Shown: piece by piece, positions 1 to 13,817 of the stretch
How positions within the stretch are numbered: the stretch's first letter is position 1
How the letters are laid out: each line of letters starts with the position of its first letter
Origin: the human T2T-CHM13v2.0 reference genome, Homo sapiens
DNA: 64,000 bases
Strand: one strand, 5' to 3'
Assembly (NCBI RefSeq): GCF_009914755.1
Contig: NC_060929.1
Program-made: the position numbers and the translations under genes
The notes under the pieces: generated by a model
Database searches by the model: none
Told to the model about the DNA's origin: nothing
Seen by the model: only the letters and a program-made list of their open reading frames with translations

Positions 1-54
1 GCAGGGAAGGGACATTTAGGCAAAGCAATGCTAATGGGAACTTAAAGCACGTTA

Positions 55-290
55 CTAATGCAATATGGTTTCCTGGATTGCATCCTGGGACAGAAAAACC
101 TGATGAAACCTACAGGTTAGTTACTAGTAATGTGCTGATATTAATTTCTTTCTTTTCACAGATGTACTGTGGTTAGGTAAGAGGTTAACATTGGGGAGAC
201 TGGGTGAAGGTTTCTAGTGAACTCACTGGATTATTTTTATAACTTTTCTATACTCTAACATTATTCCAAAATAAAATTTTATTTTACAAA
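55..290 (+). mobile_element. Old L1M (L1MC/ME-type) 3' end fragment
   Basis: GTTAACATTGGGGAGACTGGGTGAAGG...TTATTCCAAAATAAAA resembles old L1M 3' termini. Confidence 0.6.
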
Positions 291-1494
291 CAAAATCAGG
301 AATGAGTGATACTAAGTAGAGCAATTCATTAAGCTTACCTGAAATTTGGGTAGATGAGTGAAAATTACAGCTGAGATTGAGGGAAGGATTGGTGTCAGAT
401 GAGAGAGTGACCTGAATGCCAGACTGGAGAATCCTCACCCTTAGGGAGGTGTTTTTGTTTTGTTTTTAAGCAAAGTAGTAATCTCACTGAAGTATGGTTG
501 TAGAAAGATTAATGTGGTCAAAATGTGCAGGAAACACAGGTAAGAAATAGAGATTGGTACAGGTGGACAAATGAGGAAGCTCTTTTGCAGGAAAGTGTTT
601 TGGGGAAAGATAATATTTATGCTTGCTTTTCCCCCTAACATCCTGAGAATTCAGTAATGGTGATATGTAAAATCAGATCTATTCTATCATCCCAGTGATT
701 TGAGGCTTCTAAATGGGTTTTGGAAAAGATGTTAAGGGAGAAATCCACATTAAATTAAGTTAGATTTTGCAAGGGAATGACCAGAGAAGACCCATCTAAG
801 GACCTCTCTATGGTAGAAATCTAGAGTGAGGATTGCAAAGGGGAGAAAAAAGTCTTGAAGGCAATGGAGAATGCAAGGTGGAGAAGCCACAAGAAGCACC
901 AGGAAGGTACATTGCTCCCAAAAATAAAAGAAAGAAAGAATTTCCAAAAAAAAATGATGTGAACAATATTGTTAAATGCAGGAAAATAGTATACATTAAG
1001 GCAAACAGTAGCCACACATATATAATCAGGGAGGTAACTAATGACTGTCAAGAGAACTGTGTCACTGAAGTGAGGAAGACAAGCCAGATTTTCAAAACGT
1101 TGAGAAGACTTCGAGGCAATGTGCATAAGAAATTACTTCTTTAGAAATAAGGAGAGAAATAAGATGTCAAATGGTGGAGATACCTCTATGAGTAAGAATG
1201 CATTTTGTTCTTCTTCTTGTTACTTTATTACTATTTTTAAAGACAGAGTAGGTGGTTTTGGTGAAAGCAAAGGGAAAAGAAGTAGGAGACTATGGATGCT
1301 AGAGAAAGTAATGGAAAGGAAACAGTGACCTCCAGAAACTAGAGAGATAGAAACAAGGGCACTTACAAAGGGGTTGGTTTTGTCTCCACTGACACCACCA
1401 TCTTGTCTCCTCCTCTGGCACCATGGTGGCCTCCTATCTAATCTAGTCATATCTACTCTTGATCCTCTTGATATATTCTTCACAGTTCAATTAG

Positions 1495-1945
1495 AATCTT
1501 ATCATGTGTTATCCTGCCTCTGACCCAAAACACCTTTTATGCAATTGTTCTTTGGATCAAGACCAAAATCCTACAAGGGGCTGCATGATCTACTCTGCAG
1601 CTTTAACTCAATCTTCTCTCCATGCTCTCTGGTTCCAGATGCACTGACTTGCTCTCTGTTTCTGCAAATCGCTGTGGGTCTTTGCACATATTGCTTACTC
1701 TTCCTTGCTCTTCCTTCTGTACCTTCATGTACTCAACTCGCAGCAATGAACTCAGTTAATATTAATACCTGAGTGATGCCTTTCATGATATCCTTAAGTC
1801 AATTCTCCCATTTATACACTCTTAGCATCTTTTTTACTTTCAAAGCATTTATCACAGTTCATTTGGGGTGCGTGTGTGTGTGTGTGTGTGTGCGTGTGCA
1901 GAATTGTTTGATTAATGTTTGTCTCTCCTGTAGAGTTGGGAGTGG
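1495..1945 (+). mobile_element. L2 fragment containing a (TG)n tract at 1868-1899
   Basis: Pyrimidine-rich L2-like motifs (CCTACAAGGGGCTGCATGATCT, GGTCTTTGCACAT). Confidence 0.55.
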
Positions 1946-3279
1946 CTCATGGCTGCAGGGATGCCATATCTTCTTCGTAGGAGATTGCCTTAACATTCTT
2001 CGTAGGCTGGTAATAGCAACTAGAATATGAAAGTCGCACATCCTTTGGGAGTTGCTGTTAACATGGGCTGTCCATGTTCAAGTGTTTTTGTAGCCTCTCT
2101 GGAATTCTCTCTAGCTGGCTTTCAAAGTCCTGATGCAGCGTGAGTCAGGCATGTCCTCCTTGAGGATAGATTTTTTTTTTTTCTTATTCTTTCCTCCCTC
2201 ATACTGTCAATATGGCATTGTCAATATCGGAGTCATAGCTCTATGCTCTACAGGAGCCAAACATGGATCCACTCTCCAGTTTGTTACAATCCCCTCTTGA
2301 ATACCATCCAGATAAGTTATTAATGGTAATACGGAAGTGGAATCTCTGCTTGTTAGTAATCTTAGCCTAACATTGACAGTCATTTGACCATTTTGCTGAG
2401 GTGAGGACTTAGCAATTGTTGACATGCAGAAATATGCACTCAATGTTGTCAGATCTGCTGATTTTTGAGCCAGATCCATCCCAAGGCCCTTCAGTCTGAC
2501 ACCTCAGTGTGTGGGAGGTTTCACATGGTCCTTGGAGTCCTGACCTCCTTTTTCTTTTGGCATCCCACTTAAAGCTTCCTTGCATTAACTAGGACCCATT
2601 CTAAATGGCATCCCCTTTAATGAGCGGAAATATTTGTCCCCTTTAACTGAACAGCTCTTAGAAGCAATTAGCATTTAGGGAACTTCTTGTTTAGAAATAA
2701 TGTCTTCATCAAACTACCCATTATGGACTAATTTGAAACTGGAAGATAGATGCTCATTTTCCTATGGTAGCACCTGCAAGCGTTTGTGGCAGTGGGGCTA
2801 ATAGCAGCACTATTGTAAGTCATTGTATTTCTATCGCAATGTGTGTGGTGGGTAAATAGAAACCCCTTCAACATGTAAGCATTTCTGAGGACAAAAAAAT
2901 ATGTTCCTTTCAAATTGTACTATTTACCTGTCATTACAGATCTGAAGGTTGAGAATGATTCTCATGTTATAATTAATTCTCTCATTGCCTTTGAGATCAC
3001 TGCCTTTTGGCCACTGTCTAGGAAATGAAGAGGGATGCTATGTGTGAGAAATGAGTACTCTGTCAGAAAAGGAAAGGAAAGAAAACTTGTTGCTGACTGA
3101 CAGCTGCAGGAAAAAAAAATCTTTTGAAGTAGTTTAAGGGGAAAACATGGATCTAACACAATGTGTTTATGACTCCAACAGAGTTGCATGTGCTTGAATT
3201 AATTCATCCTGACCAATGGGTGGTTCTGGCACCATTTTGGTAATATGGATAATAACAAGAAATTTTAGTAAGTGATTAT

Positions 3280-3470
3280 TAAATTCCAGAAACTATGCAA
3301 AGTGCATTTCATAATCTTTTTCAATGACTCATCCTGATAGTCCTCTTTACCGATGAAAGAATGATGCTTAAGTTTCCATTTATTCAAGTTTACTCAGCTA
3401 GAAAGTGGAAGAGCTGGGATTCACGTCCAGGCGCAAGCTAACTGCAGGCCAGAGTCTTGACACCCCTACC
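3280..3470 (-). mobile_element. MIR SINE fragment
   Basis: CAGCTAGAAAGTGGAAGAGCTGGGATTCACGTCCAGG is the reverse complement of the MIR core. Confidence 0.6.
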
Positions 3471-5134
3471 ACACAGATGTCAGCTTTACCAGCACTGAAA
3501 GTGAAGGCCTCCTGCTCCCCTGCCCCATCACCATCAGCTTTCTATAATTTAAAGATTCTAAGTGGGTCACTGCTTTGGAAAAGCCCTTGTTAAACAACAA
3601 AGAAGCTACTGCCAGCCCCCTATTCACCACTCCAATCAGCCCACAGCAGAGAGCAAGTTCCTGGTGAATTAGGACAAGAGGAAGAAGACGAGAACCTCCA
3701 ACTATGTAGAGGTAGGCACAGTATCAGGCATTTCACACTGCTCTTTAGGGAAGAAGGCTGGTGGGGCCAGGGTAGACTGAAGAGGGGCTGTGCAGTTCGA
3801 GGAAAGCCCCTTCTGTGGGTGGCATTGACTGACGTAGGGCTGAAGCACTCAAAGGAGTAAGACAGAGCGGGCGTAGTATTCCAACAGATCGCAGACTCCG
3901 CACTTTTGCCTAGGGCCGGCCCTGCTTCAAAGTGAAACTTCCACAGGAAAACTAAATAAAGGAAAGAAAAGCCAAACAGAACAAATTCCCATTTAGTCAG
4001 CTTTTACTGTCCTCAGAGGCTCTGTGTTTATGCTAGATCTTAATTATGCTGCTTGTCAAAGACACACTAAACTCCACTGTGGTTGAGGGAGCTATTTTAT
4101 CTTTTTATCTTTACAGTCAGAAAAGGACTTAGTATGCTGAACCCTACCCTTGATGAGCTTCAAACCTGGAATAAAAGAACAGTTCTCTCTCTTCTGCCCA
4201 ATTGTCCCCACCTCTGCACTGCCGTCCATGAACACCTAATCAGGAGGCTTTGATGGGGTTAGGAATAGTCAGCGCCCAGGTGGCCTGGGACAAAACTGTA
4301 ACATCCAAGGGGACTGCATGGGCTTCCCATGTTCAAGCCCCTATAGTGGCCCTCCTGCTCCAGGACCCATGCATCTGGTCTCCAACCCTCCCTCTGCAGG
4401 GCTTATGACCCGATATTCTGGAGAGGCACTCAGCTGTATCTCCCAGCAGGGTAAATGGCAGAGCCTTCCTCTGGGTATGTAAATGCAGGGGAGGGGGTGT
4501 ACTTGAGATTTTAAATGAACAATAATGTGCATTAAACAACTTCAAATCGCATGGTGAAGAAGTTATTCCATTTCCAACTCTCTTTAGTCCTTCAGATGAA
4601 ATCAGGGAGAACATCTCTGGTTGAGTGTTTTTGTAATCTTGCTTTCTTTTCACTGTATTTATTTTGGCCTTTGCTTTCTATTTATGGCAGATACTTTTAC
4701 TTTTCTGGTGATGACATAAATGTCTTTTAAAATAAGTGCATCTACTTAGGGGAAAATCAAATTTGCTTAAAGAAAAACTATTACATAAATAATAAAGGTA
4801 CATGATAAAATGAAAACTGTAAGAAATACAAGGACTAACTTTTAGAAAAAGCTCTAATTAAGATGCTTTGTGTTAAGGTTCACTCTGACTAAACCTGTGA
4901 ACTGATAGATGTTCATGCAGCTCTCCTTGCAGACATGCCTGTGTTTAGAGGGTCTTGAAACTGTGGCAGATCCTTAAGAGTGGTAAGTTAGGTCTAAAAA
5001 CCATTTCAGGTCCCTAAAGGCAAGATCAAAAGAAGGATACTTGGTGTTGGGCATGTCTATCCCCAGTCTAAATACATTATCTATGATGATCACAGTTTGA
5101 TCATCAGTTATCAGACTCATGGGAGATGTTGGCT

Positions 5135-5268
5135 TTGTACCAAAATTCAGATACCTGGGGCCCATCCCCAGAAGTTCTGTTTCAGTAGGCCTGGGGTAGG
5201 CCCTAGGCATGTGTGTTTTGCTAACTATCCCGTGTCATAGCTCAGCATCCCCAACTGACAATCACTGA
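5135..5268. mobile_element. MER5-family hAT-Charlie fragment
   Basis: CAGATACCTGGGGCCCATCCCCAGAAGTTCTGTTTCAGTAGGCCTGGGGTAGGCCC is typical of MER5. Confidence 0.6.
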
Positions 5269-6353
5269 TGGGCTTTGGTCAGTGTTACCACCCAGTGTTG
5301 TATGTAGATCCACATGAGGAAAGGTATATGATTACACCTTGAAAATATGAGGATAACAAATCTGGCTGGACAATCCACTGGAGGTCCTTTTTATCTGCAC
5401 AATGTGCATGCATTTGTTTCTATGCACAAAGTAATCCCTGAAAAACTGGCTCTTACAGAATGCCACAGATGTCATCTAGGAATTTTCCTGGTTCCTGTTA
5501 GAGGCAAGTCTTGAGTTGGGTTTTATTTAACAGATGAGAGGAACATCTTGGATCCCTCTAGTAGTAGCTCCATAGTCCTTCTCTTTGACAAGCTTCATGA
5601 TGTCGTTTACTTCAGGTCTCTGAGAAAACGAATGGAAGTCTGTCGTGGAACACCCAAGACCAGATGTGATAGGATTCATTTCTAATCACGCATTATCCAG
5701 GTGACTTGCTCAAGCCTAGCTTACACAGAGTTCCCTTTCAGCATAGACGTTTCCTAACTAGCATTACCCTGCCATACCAAAAGCCTTGTGAAAATATTTT
5801 CAGCAGTTAACAAGCAGAGCCTGCAGTTATAATATGCTCATTAGGCCGCATGTTAGTTTTCAAGTCTTGCAGCATGCATAATCTGATGCTTGATTTCCAC
5901 TGAATTTCAGTTCTGTTGGGCATCAGCAGACAAGTGCTGGCAGCCCCGTGGGCTTTGCCAAGGGCTGCTGTCTTTATGTGTGTTTTCCACAAGGCCATGC
6001 TGACTGTAAAATAACACACCTACCCTATTTGAATCTCCAGTTTCTCTTTGTCTGGATGTCCCTTCAATTATCCCAGAACCTTTCTTGATTCCCTGGCAGA
6101 GAAACCCCTTCAGGAACCACACTAATTTTAGAAGACAATGCAAAAGATATAGCCAGTAGTCCCAGTAGATGAATAGGCTGATTTCTGGAATTTATTAGAT
6201 CTTCCTTTGTTCTAGACTTCACTTCTATGTTTCAAAACCACTGCCTTAAAAAAAAGAACAACGCTCTCATTCCAAATTATCAGTTTTCGAATAAAGGTCT
6301 TTGACCATAGGAGTACAGTACTTTTTCCCTATACTTTGAATGTATTTGAAAAG

Positions 6354-6409
<56 letters not shown>
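6354..6409. repeat. A17 followed by (TA)19 microsatellite
   Basis: Read directly from sequence. Confidence 0.95.
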
Positions 6410-6417
<8 letters not shown>

Positions 6418-6569
6418 TCCCCAGGGTCAAAGTGTTCCAATGCTGTGCGAGCTGAGAATATTTTGGCAATTTCATATTAGTAAACAAATGTTTCTGGCTG
6501 CTGAAGGTATAATTTATTTTTATTACATTTTGAAAATTTCTTGGTGGCTGGTTATGAGGGGCAGCGTTT

Positions 6570-7110
6570 ATTTATTCCTTGGTCAATAAGTTGGTGCCAG
6601 CATATGCCTGGCAGAGTGTTAGGCCTTGAAAGTACAGAGATATATCATACCTGTTCCATATCCTAATGGAACTAACAGTCAGTGGAGAATGCCAACCCTC
6701 TAAACAGATAAATACAATGGACAAGATGAGTGGTATTATTGGAGCTATGAACAGAAGGCTACAGGATGGAGAGAATGGAGCTAGTACAAAGAATTCACAG
6801 ATAAACAAAGTCCCATGTTGGAGAAGACGCAAGAAGAGTTGGAATTGAATTGAATTCAATTTGGGGACAGGAAACCAGAGATCCAAGGAAGCAAGAGTGA
6901 AGGAAGGCAGGTTAGAACCAAACATTGGCAGGGGCAGGGGATATGCCTCCTGAGAGATGGCCAGGAATGCAGAATGCAGGCTCATATTTGATTTGTATGT
7001 ATGGACTGGTAGAGATATGACACTTGGGTACATCAGCCTGGCTTAGAGAACTGGGTGGGGCCAATAGGCAGAGAATGGGTAATTCAGTTGTAAGACCAGA
7101 GAGATCACAG
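6570..7110 (-). mobile_element. L2 3' region, antisense
   Basis: TGCCTGGCAGAGTGTTAGGCC...ATGGAACTAACAGTCAGTGGAG resembles the reversed L2 3' end. Confidence 0.5.
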
Positions 7111-7114
7111 GAAG

Positions 7115-7161
7115 CGTCTTAGTCCATTTGTGTTGCTGTAACAAAACATGCACACACACAG

Positions 7162-7192
<31 letters not shown>

Positions 7193-7518
7193 GTAATTTA
7201 TAAGAACAGAAATTTATTTTCTGAGACTTCTGGAGACTGAAAGTCCAAGATTAGCGTGCTGGCAGGTTTAGTATCTGATGAAGGCTCATTCCCCGTAGAT
7301 GGCACCATATCAGGTGTCCTCACGTGGTGGAAGACCTGAAGTGCAAAAGGAACAAACAGCTCTCTTATATCTCTTTTATGAAGTCATTAATCCATTCATG
7401 AGGGCAGAGCCTTCATGGCCTAATCACCTCTTAAAGGCCCCACCTCTCAATACTGTAGCATTGGGAAATAAGTTTCAACATGAATTGGGGTGGAGACACA
7501 AACATTCAAAATATAGCA
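7115..7518 (-). mobile_element. MaLR solo LTR (MSTD/MLT1A-like) with internal (CA)n
   Basis: Ends CGTCTTAGTCCATTTGTGTTGCTGTAACA and CAAAATATAGCA; 5-bp TSD GGAAG/GTAAG; GGCCTAATCACCTCTTAAAGGCCCCACCTC motif. Confidence 0.85.
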
Positions 7519-9192
7519 GTAAGTGAGGGACGCTTCATTGTTTAAAACCTTTGAACCCTCAATGTGGAGTGTGGATAAAAACTAATCATATTTTCTTCCC
7601 ACTTAACACATTTCTTCTATGTGTTAAGTGGGACCCTCCCATGACTCAGCCGTAATAGTACATTTCCCTATTACCAGTTACTAGAAGTGTTAAATGAGCT
7701 GATGATGTACAATAACCCTGCTAAGAGCCTAGAATGTGAAAGAATTTATTTTGGTCACATTTCTAAATAATGTGGAATCATTCTAATTCCTTAAAATGTG
7801 TGATCCTCTTAGATGGGAATGAATCGAGCTTGAAACCTGAAAGGAACATCTTCCTCCTTTAGGCATGTCAGAATATTTTGTTGAGGGGTACCCAAGGTGT
7901 TCCTCACAGCTTGAGGAAATTAAACCAGTTACACACTGGGCAGTGTACATATTTCTTTGCAGCTTCTACTAGTAGGCTTCTTTATTGCATCTTCTGATGG
8001 TTTAAATGAATTCTTCCTGATTCTTGTCATGGTGATAAAGCACTCATGTTGGCTTGAGTAAGTGTAGGTGCATTGTAGTGCAACTAATGATGTCTGAACA
8101 AGGTTCACACCTGTCAACCTTCATTCTTTCACTATGAGACTAGCAGGTATTTCCTAAGATGCCAAATCTTAACTTGTGTGAGTCCTAGAAATGATGGCAT
8201 GTTGACCCTGTATATTCAAAGAAAATCAAATGAGTATTTGCAAAGACGGTTGCTGACTTCAGGTAGATACCAGCAGAGACTTGAGTGCAGAAAAACCTAA
8301 ATGCTTGATGTAGGAGGCATTAGGAAGAGCCTCAGGCACACAGAGAAATGTAGCAAATCAATAATTGGCCAATCACTTCTCTGAGTTTATCAAATTCTTT
8401 ACCTCTTACACAGTGAACACCAAATCTGCCTGCCTGGGCCAGATTTCTCTTATATGGCCATTTACACGGGAGGAAACAGAGGGGTAAAGAATGCCCCCAC
8501 TGCATTCCTAAAATTCCACCAGTCAAGGTTTCTCCAAGGGAGACTGACATTCTAAGCCTATCAGCTCTGTCTATCTCTGCTCCTTTGAACAGATAGAAAT
8601 TTGAGAGTAGGTTTTGGTAAGTGGGAGATTTCAGAGAGGGTTAGGGCACCCTGGAGAACTGAGCCAGGGAGAAGAGAGGTCTTCAATGGAGACAAAAATG
8701 AACCAGTGACAGCTTTCCTAGTCTCCATTTTTCTTTATTTCCGGGAGTGGGTCTGCTTTCTGTGTTGATGTTGGACAGGGAGTCGGGAAGCACCAAACCT
8801 GTAGGGCTCCTGTGGAGCTCCGTATTTTCCATTACCAGGACACAGATCTGATACTTCAGGGTTTGTGGGAGTAATATTACTATGCAGAACAGAGGCATAA
8901 ATACTTTGATTCAGAGGATAGACCTCATGCTCCTTTCCCTCCTTTCTTTCCTCCTTCCTTCCTCTCTTTCTTTGTTTATTAACTTTTTTATATATATAGT
9001 TGCCAGATCTCTTTATGGTGGTCTATTTGCATACCAAAATTTCACTTATGGTAAGTGTACAGTTTAGTGATTTTTAATGCATGTATATAGTTGTGCAATA
9101 ATCCCCTAAATTATGTTTCAAAGTGCTTGCCCTAGCTCCTGCCCAATTTATTTCTAATTAACATACAAAACCCCATTTAAAATTGGCTGATA

Positions 9193-9423
9193 TTGGTTGA
9201 GCATCCTGAATCTGAAATTTTCAATTTCAAAATACTTCAAAATCCTAAACTTTTTGAGCGCCAGCATGATGTTCAAAGAAAATGCTCCTTGAAGCATTTT
9301 GGATTTTGGGTTTTAGAATTGGGGATGTTTAATGGGTGTAATGCAAATACTCCAAATTTTAAAAATATGAAATTCGAAGCATTTCTAGTCCCAAGCATTT
9401 TGGATAAGAGATACCTAATCCAT
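9193..9423 (+). mobile_element. MER46-like TcMar-Tigger MITE
   Basis: GGTTGAGCATCC...AACTTTTTGAGCGCCAGCATGATGTTCAAAGAAAATGCTC...GTCCCAAGCATTTTGGATAAGAGATAC. Confidence 0.75.
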
Positions 9424-9749
9424 AGATAACATTCTTCTGCTTGAACACCAAGAAAGCATGTTTTACAGTCTCTTAGGCTAATAATGTATTTAAATTTATT
9501 TTTTCTAGTTTCTATGATAATAAAATTGCTATGGCATGAAAAGAAACAGAGAAATGGAAAAAAAGATAACCCTTTCTTGCCGTAAGCCCTGTTTGCAAGA
9601 GCTGATCCTCTTTCCCATACTTTGACATTCTATGCTGAGATCTGAGGGCGTAGAGCATGTTGTGGGTGGTAGAGAAGGAGGAATCTGCTTCTTGGGTTAC
9701 ATATGTCCTAAACTAGTTATTAAGCCTTTAGTTGCCAGCAAATTGGAAC

Positions 9750-9985
9750 AATAATAGTAATAATCTCTGCTCTTTGTTGACTATATATTCTGTTTTATTT
9801 CCTTTACGTGCATTATCTCATTTAAGCCTCACCATGGGCTATCTCCCTTTATATAGATTAGAAAACTGAGGCTCAGATAGATCGAATAAAGTTTTCAAAG
9901 TCACTCCACAGTAGATGTCAAGGCCAGGGATCAAACCAAGACCTGTCTCACAGCTCAGCCTCTACTTTCAAGAGCACACTTTATA
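9750..9985 (-). mobile_element. MIR SINE
   Basis: TATAGATTAGAAAACTGAGGCTCAGA core. Confidence 0.7.
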
Positions 9986-11874
9986 ACATCTCTAAACAAA
10001 TGAATCACGGCATGGCGATCAAGGGACAGCTTAATTGTCAGAGGTCTGCTCCTATTACTAGGAAGAAAAGTTGAAAATACATGGCCCTAGGAGAAAAAAA
10101 AGTAAGCTAACATCATATTTAACAGCTACCCCAAAATGGCAGGAATAAAAAGCAATTTAAGGCAAGAATGCTTATGGCTTTGGAAGTTTTGAGACATTTT
10201 TTAACCACACCAGTATTTGAGGCTGAATGAGAGGATGAGACAGTGCATGGACACGCTACAGCTTGTTTCACCTTTGGTGACTCTGCACCTGGGAATGAAG
10301 TTCACCAGGCATCTGTGGTAGAGGCTGGGGAGACATCCTGACTTGGCTGCTTGAATAAACTTGGAATAGGTCATGATTATGTAGCAATTGGGAGGGCGTA
10401 AGAGGGGCATTGTCTGAAGTGGTCTCTCCCTCAGCTAACTCCTTGGTGTAGCACTCGTGTCACTGAACAGATAAACACTGCCTTCCATTCAATTGTTTCA
10501 TGTCTATCTGTTTTATTAGCTGTCCCTATGGTTCTCAAAGTTGGTGAAGTACAACAATCATGGGGGATACTTATTAAAAGAATAGGTATTGGCTCTCCTG
10601 AGAAATTTTTTATACAATCGTCCTGAGAAAAGGTTCAGACGCCTGTGTTTTTATGAAGCTTTCCTGTGATTCTTGGAATGAACCAAATGTGGGATTTGTT
10701 GCTCTTTAAAACTATAAGTCCATGAGGGCACTTTGTTTCCTAGCAGCTCACAGAGTGCTTCACAGGGAGAGAAATTCAGTAGATACTTGTTGACTGAAGG
10801 AGGGAATAAATGGCTATTGTAGCTTCCCTGAGGTCAACCATGATGAAACTTACCTCCCACAGTGGCAGTAAATAGTGATCAATAACTGTTTACTGATTTA
10901 TTAGTTTTAAACCTATGTTTTATTTTTTCTTTTCGCTTAGCTCTGAGCAAATGGCTATGAATTCCCTTGAAGTTTTGTGTTCTAAAAGACCTGATGCCTA
11001 TTTAATGAGGTGAGGTGGTGGGCATAGCATCCAGGAACTGGTTTTGAGTAGTTTCAGGAGTTTATTTATCCAAAGTCTGAGAAGAAAACCAGTTCCCATA
11101 TTTTGCAAGTTCATTTTGCTCTAGTACAGTGAATAATTGTCCTGGGGGGACTAGATGGCATAGGAGAATATTAATCTTAGATTTTCATTTCCTATAAAAT
11201 AATTTCCCACTTATTACATTCAGTGAGAATACTTTGGGTTTCAGGAAATACGCATATTTTATCACAGACAGTCCAAAGTGTGCTCCCAAATGTATCTGAA
11301 ACTCAGGAGTTAAGAGGGACAGGTGCAGAAATTTAGGTAAGCCACCGGATGCCACGGTAGGCTGTGAGAGGACTGAAGGTAGAGGCAGGACAGAGTCACC
11401 TAGTGTCTCCACACCTTGCACAGTGTTGTCAAATTTTAGGCTTGAGCTTTAAAAGAAATTTGTAAAAGGAAAATATTAAAAATTAAATGACAACAATAAT
11501 AATTAATGACAAGCATTTTTCAATCTCCTCACTATGTATAAGGCAATATACTAAGCCCTTTCACATATCATGTCATATAACTGATTTTTTGGAGAGCCCA
11601 ATGAGGTAGTATAGTGTATTATAGATGAGAGCATCTCAACTAAGGTCACATTTAAGAAAAAAAAAGATTTTTACTCTTGGAACAGCAGAGAAGTCCAGAA
11701 TAGCTTCAGACATGTTAGATTTCAGGGACTCAAGTAATATCACAGTACCCTTCTCTCCCGTGTTACCTTCTCTTCCCTATTGCCTTTCACTACGTGGTAA
11801 TGAAGATGGCCCCCAGCAACTCCAATTTAATGTTCTCTGAAGATCAAGTCCAATGGAAAAGAAGATTCTTTTCC

Positions 11875-12380
11875 TACAGAGTCAGGGAAATCCACAATAT
11901 CATGCTTACTTGTGACATCAACTGCGAAGTTTTGGGGTCCCTAAGATCACTCTCATTTTTTATAATTCACCAAAATGGCTCGCAGATCTCACTGAAAGCT
12001 TACACTTGCAGTTATGGTTTCTTAGGGTGAAAGAATACATATTAAAATGAGTCAATAGAAGATACTCATGGAACAGAGTTCAGGAAAGTTCCCAAAACAA
12101 AGTTCCCAGTTGTCCTCTCCCAGTGTAATCATGGACAGGGCTAACTTTTCTGAGTAACAGTGTGTGACAGTACACACAGAGCACTGCCAACCGTGGTATC
12201 TTTCCTGAGTCTTCAAGTCCAGAATTTTAACTGGGGGCTCAGTCACAAAGACATAATTGACTACCCTTGTGGCTGACCATTAGTCTCTAGTCCCTCTAGA
12301 GGTCAAGCTAATACTGCATGGTCCAAAGCCCCCATCATAAATCATATTATTCGACTGCACAGTTTGGCCCAAAGCCCCTA

Positions 12381-12418
<38 letters not shown>

Positions 12419-12528
12419 AGAAGAAGAAGTTTTTGTCAGTCGGGATATTCCAAGGGTTTTGCTGTCACCTCCCAGTAGCTGAGGGCAAAAGACTTTTTTG
12501 GGGGGGAAGGTTAATTCTTTACTACACA
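11875..12528 (-). mobile_element. MER21/MER77-like ERVL LTR inserted into an older MLT1-type LTR (~11640-12720)
   Basis: Ends GGTTAATTCTTTACTACACA; internal CCCAGTTGTCCTCTCCCAGTG and GTCACCTCCCAGTAGCTGAGGGCAAA; TSD TTTCC/CTTCC; contains an A32-(AAG)n tract. Confidence 0.7.
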
Positions 12529-13050
12529 CTTCCCCAGTGTTCTAATAAAAGCCTGGCCTCCATTGTGTTCATGGACCCATCCCTAAAGCAATTGCTCTGA
12601 CACAGAGATGAACATGCTAATAGGCTAAGCCTAAGGATGGGGCCATTCACCTTGCCCACTACATAGCACGAGATCAAGTAGGGGTGATTCTCCAAGAAAA
12701 CTGGACATTGACCAAGATATTTCAGGAGTAAATAAAATGAGAAGACACTAGTCTATGTTAACTCATGGGAAGGCTATGTAGCAAAACTAAAATACTAAAT
12801 TCCCTTTATTTTGATTTGATGTGCTATCATTAGCAAGTCCACAGGAAAATGAACTAAAAGTGACTTAATAAATGCATTTTTTTTAAAAAAAAAAGAGACA
12901 GAACCTCTTAAAATATGACATGTGTGACTTAGGGAAGAGGCAGAATAATAGCAAGTTGATGAAGAGGCTCTACATGTGATCACTTATGCAAATTTCCCAC
13001 CAAGAATGAATTTGTCTTTTTCCGCAGGGCAACATGAAAACTCCCTAGAG

Positions 13051-13207
13051 CAGTGGTTTCTAAATTTGTAGTGCATTAGAAATACCTGGGGAACTTTTAA
13101 AATCCTGATGCCCAGGTCACACCCGTACCAGTGAAATCAGAATGTGTAGGAATGGGATCCAGGCAACTGTGTTTTTTAAAGATTCCCAGAAGATTTGGAA
13201 ACTACTG
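13051..13207 (+). mobile_element. MER5A-type hAT-Charlie MITE
   Basis: TIRs CAGTGGTTTCTAAA and TTTGGAAACTACTG; flanks contain the TAGA target core. Confidence 0.8.
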
Positions 13208-13352
13208 TAGTAGATACTGAAACAACAGCAAACACTACTAATCTGAATGCTAATTTCCAATATGACCAACCTTACCTAATTAAATGGACACCATTCAATC
13301 ACTGGCAGAAGAACTCCTCTTGAGTCTCAGCAGGATGTAGTATAGAATCTGA

Positions 13353-13817
<465 letters not shown>

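Noticed and set aside
6572-7033. 153-aa ORF (- strand)
   Set aside because: Lies in a decayed L2; no reverse-transcriptase or other motifs.
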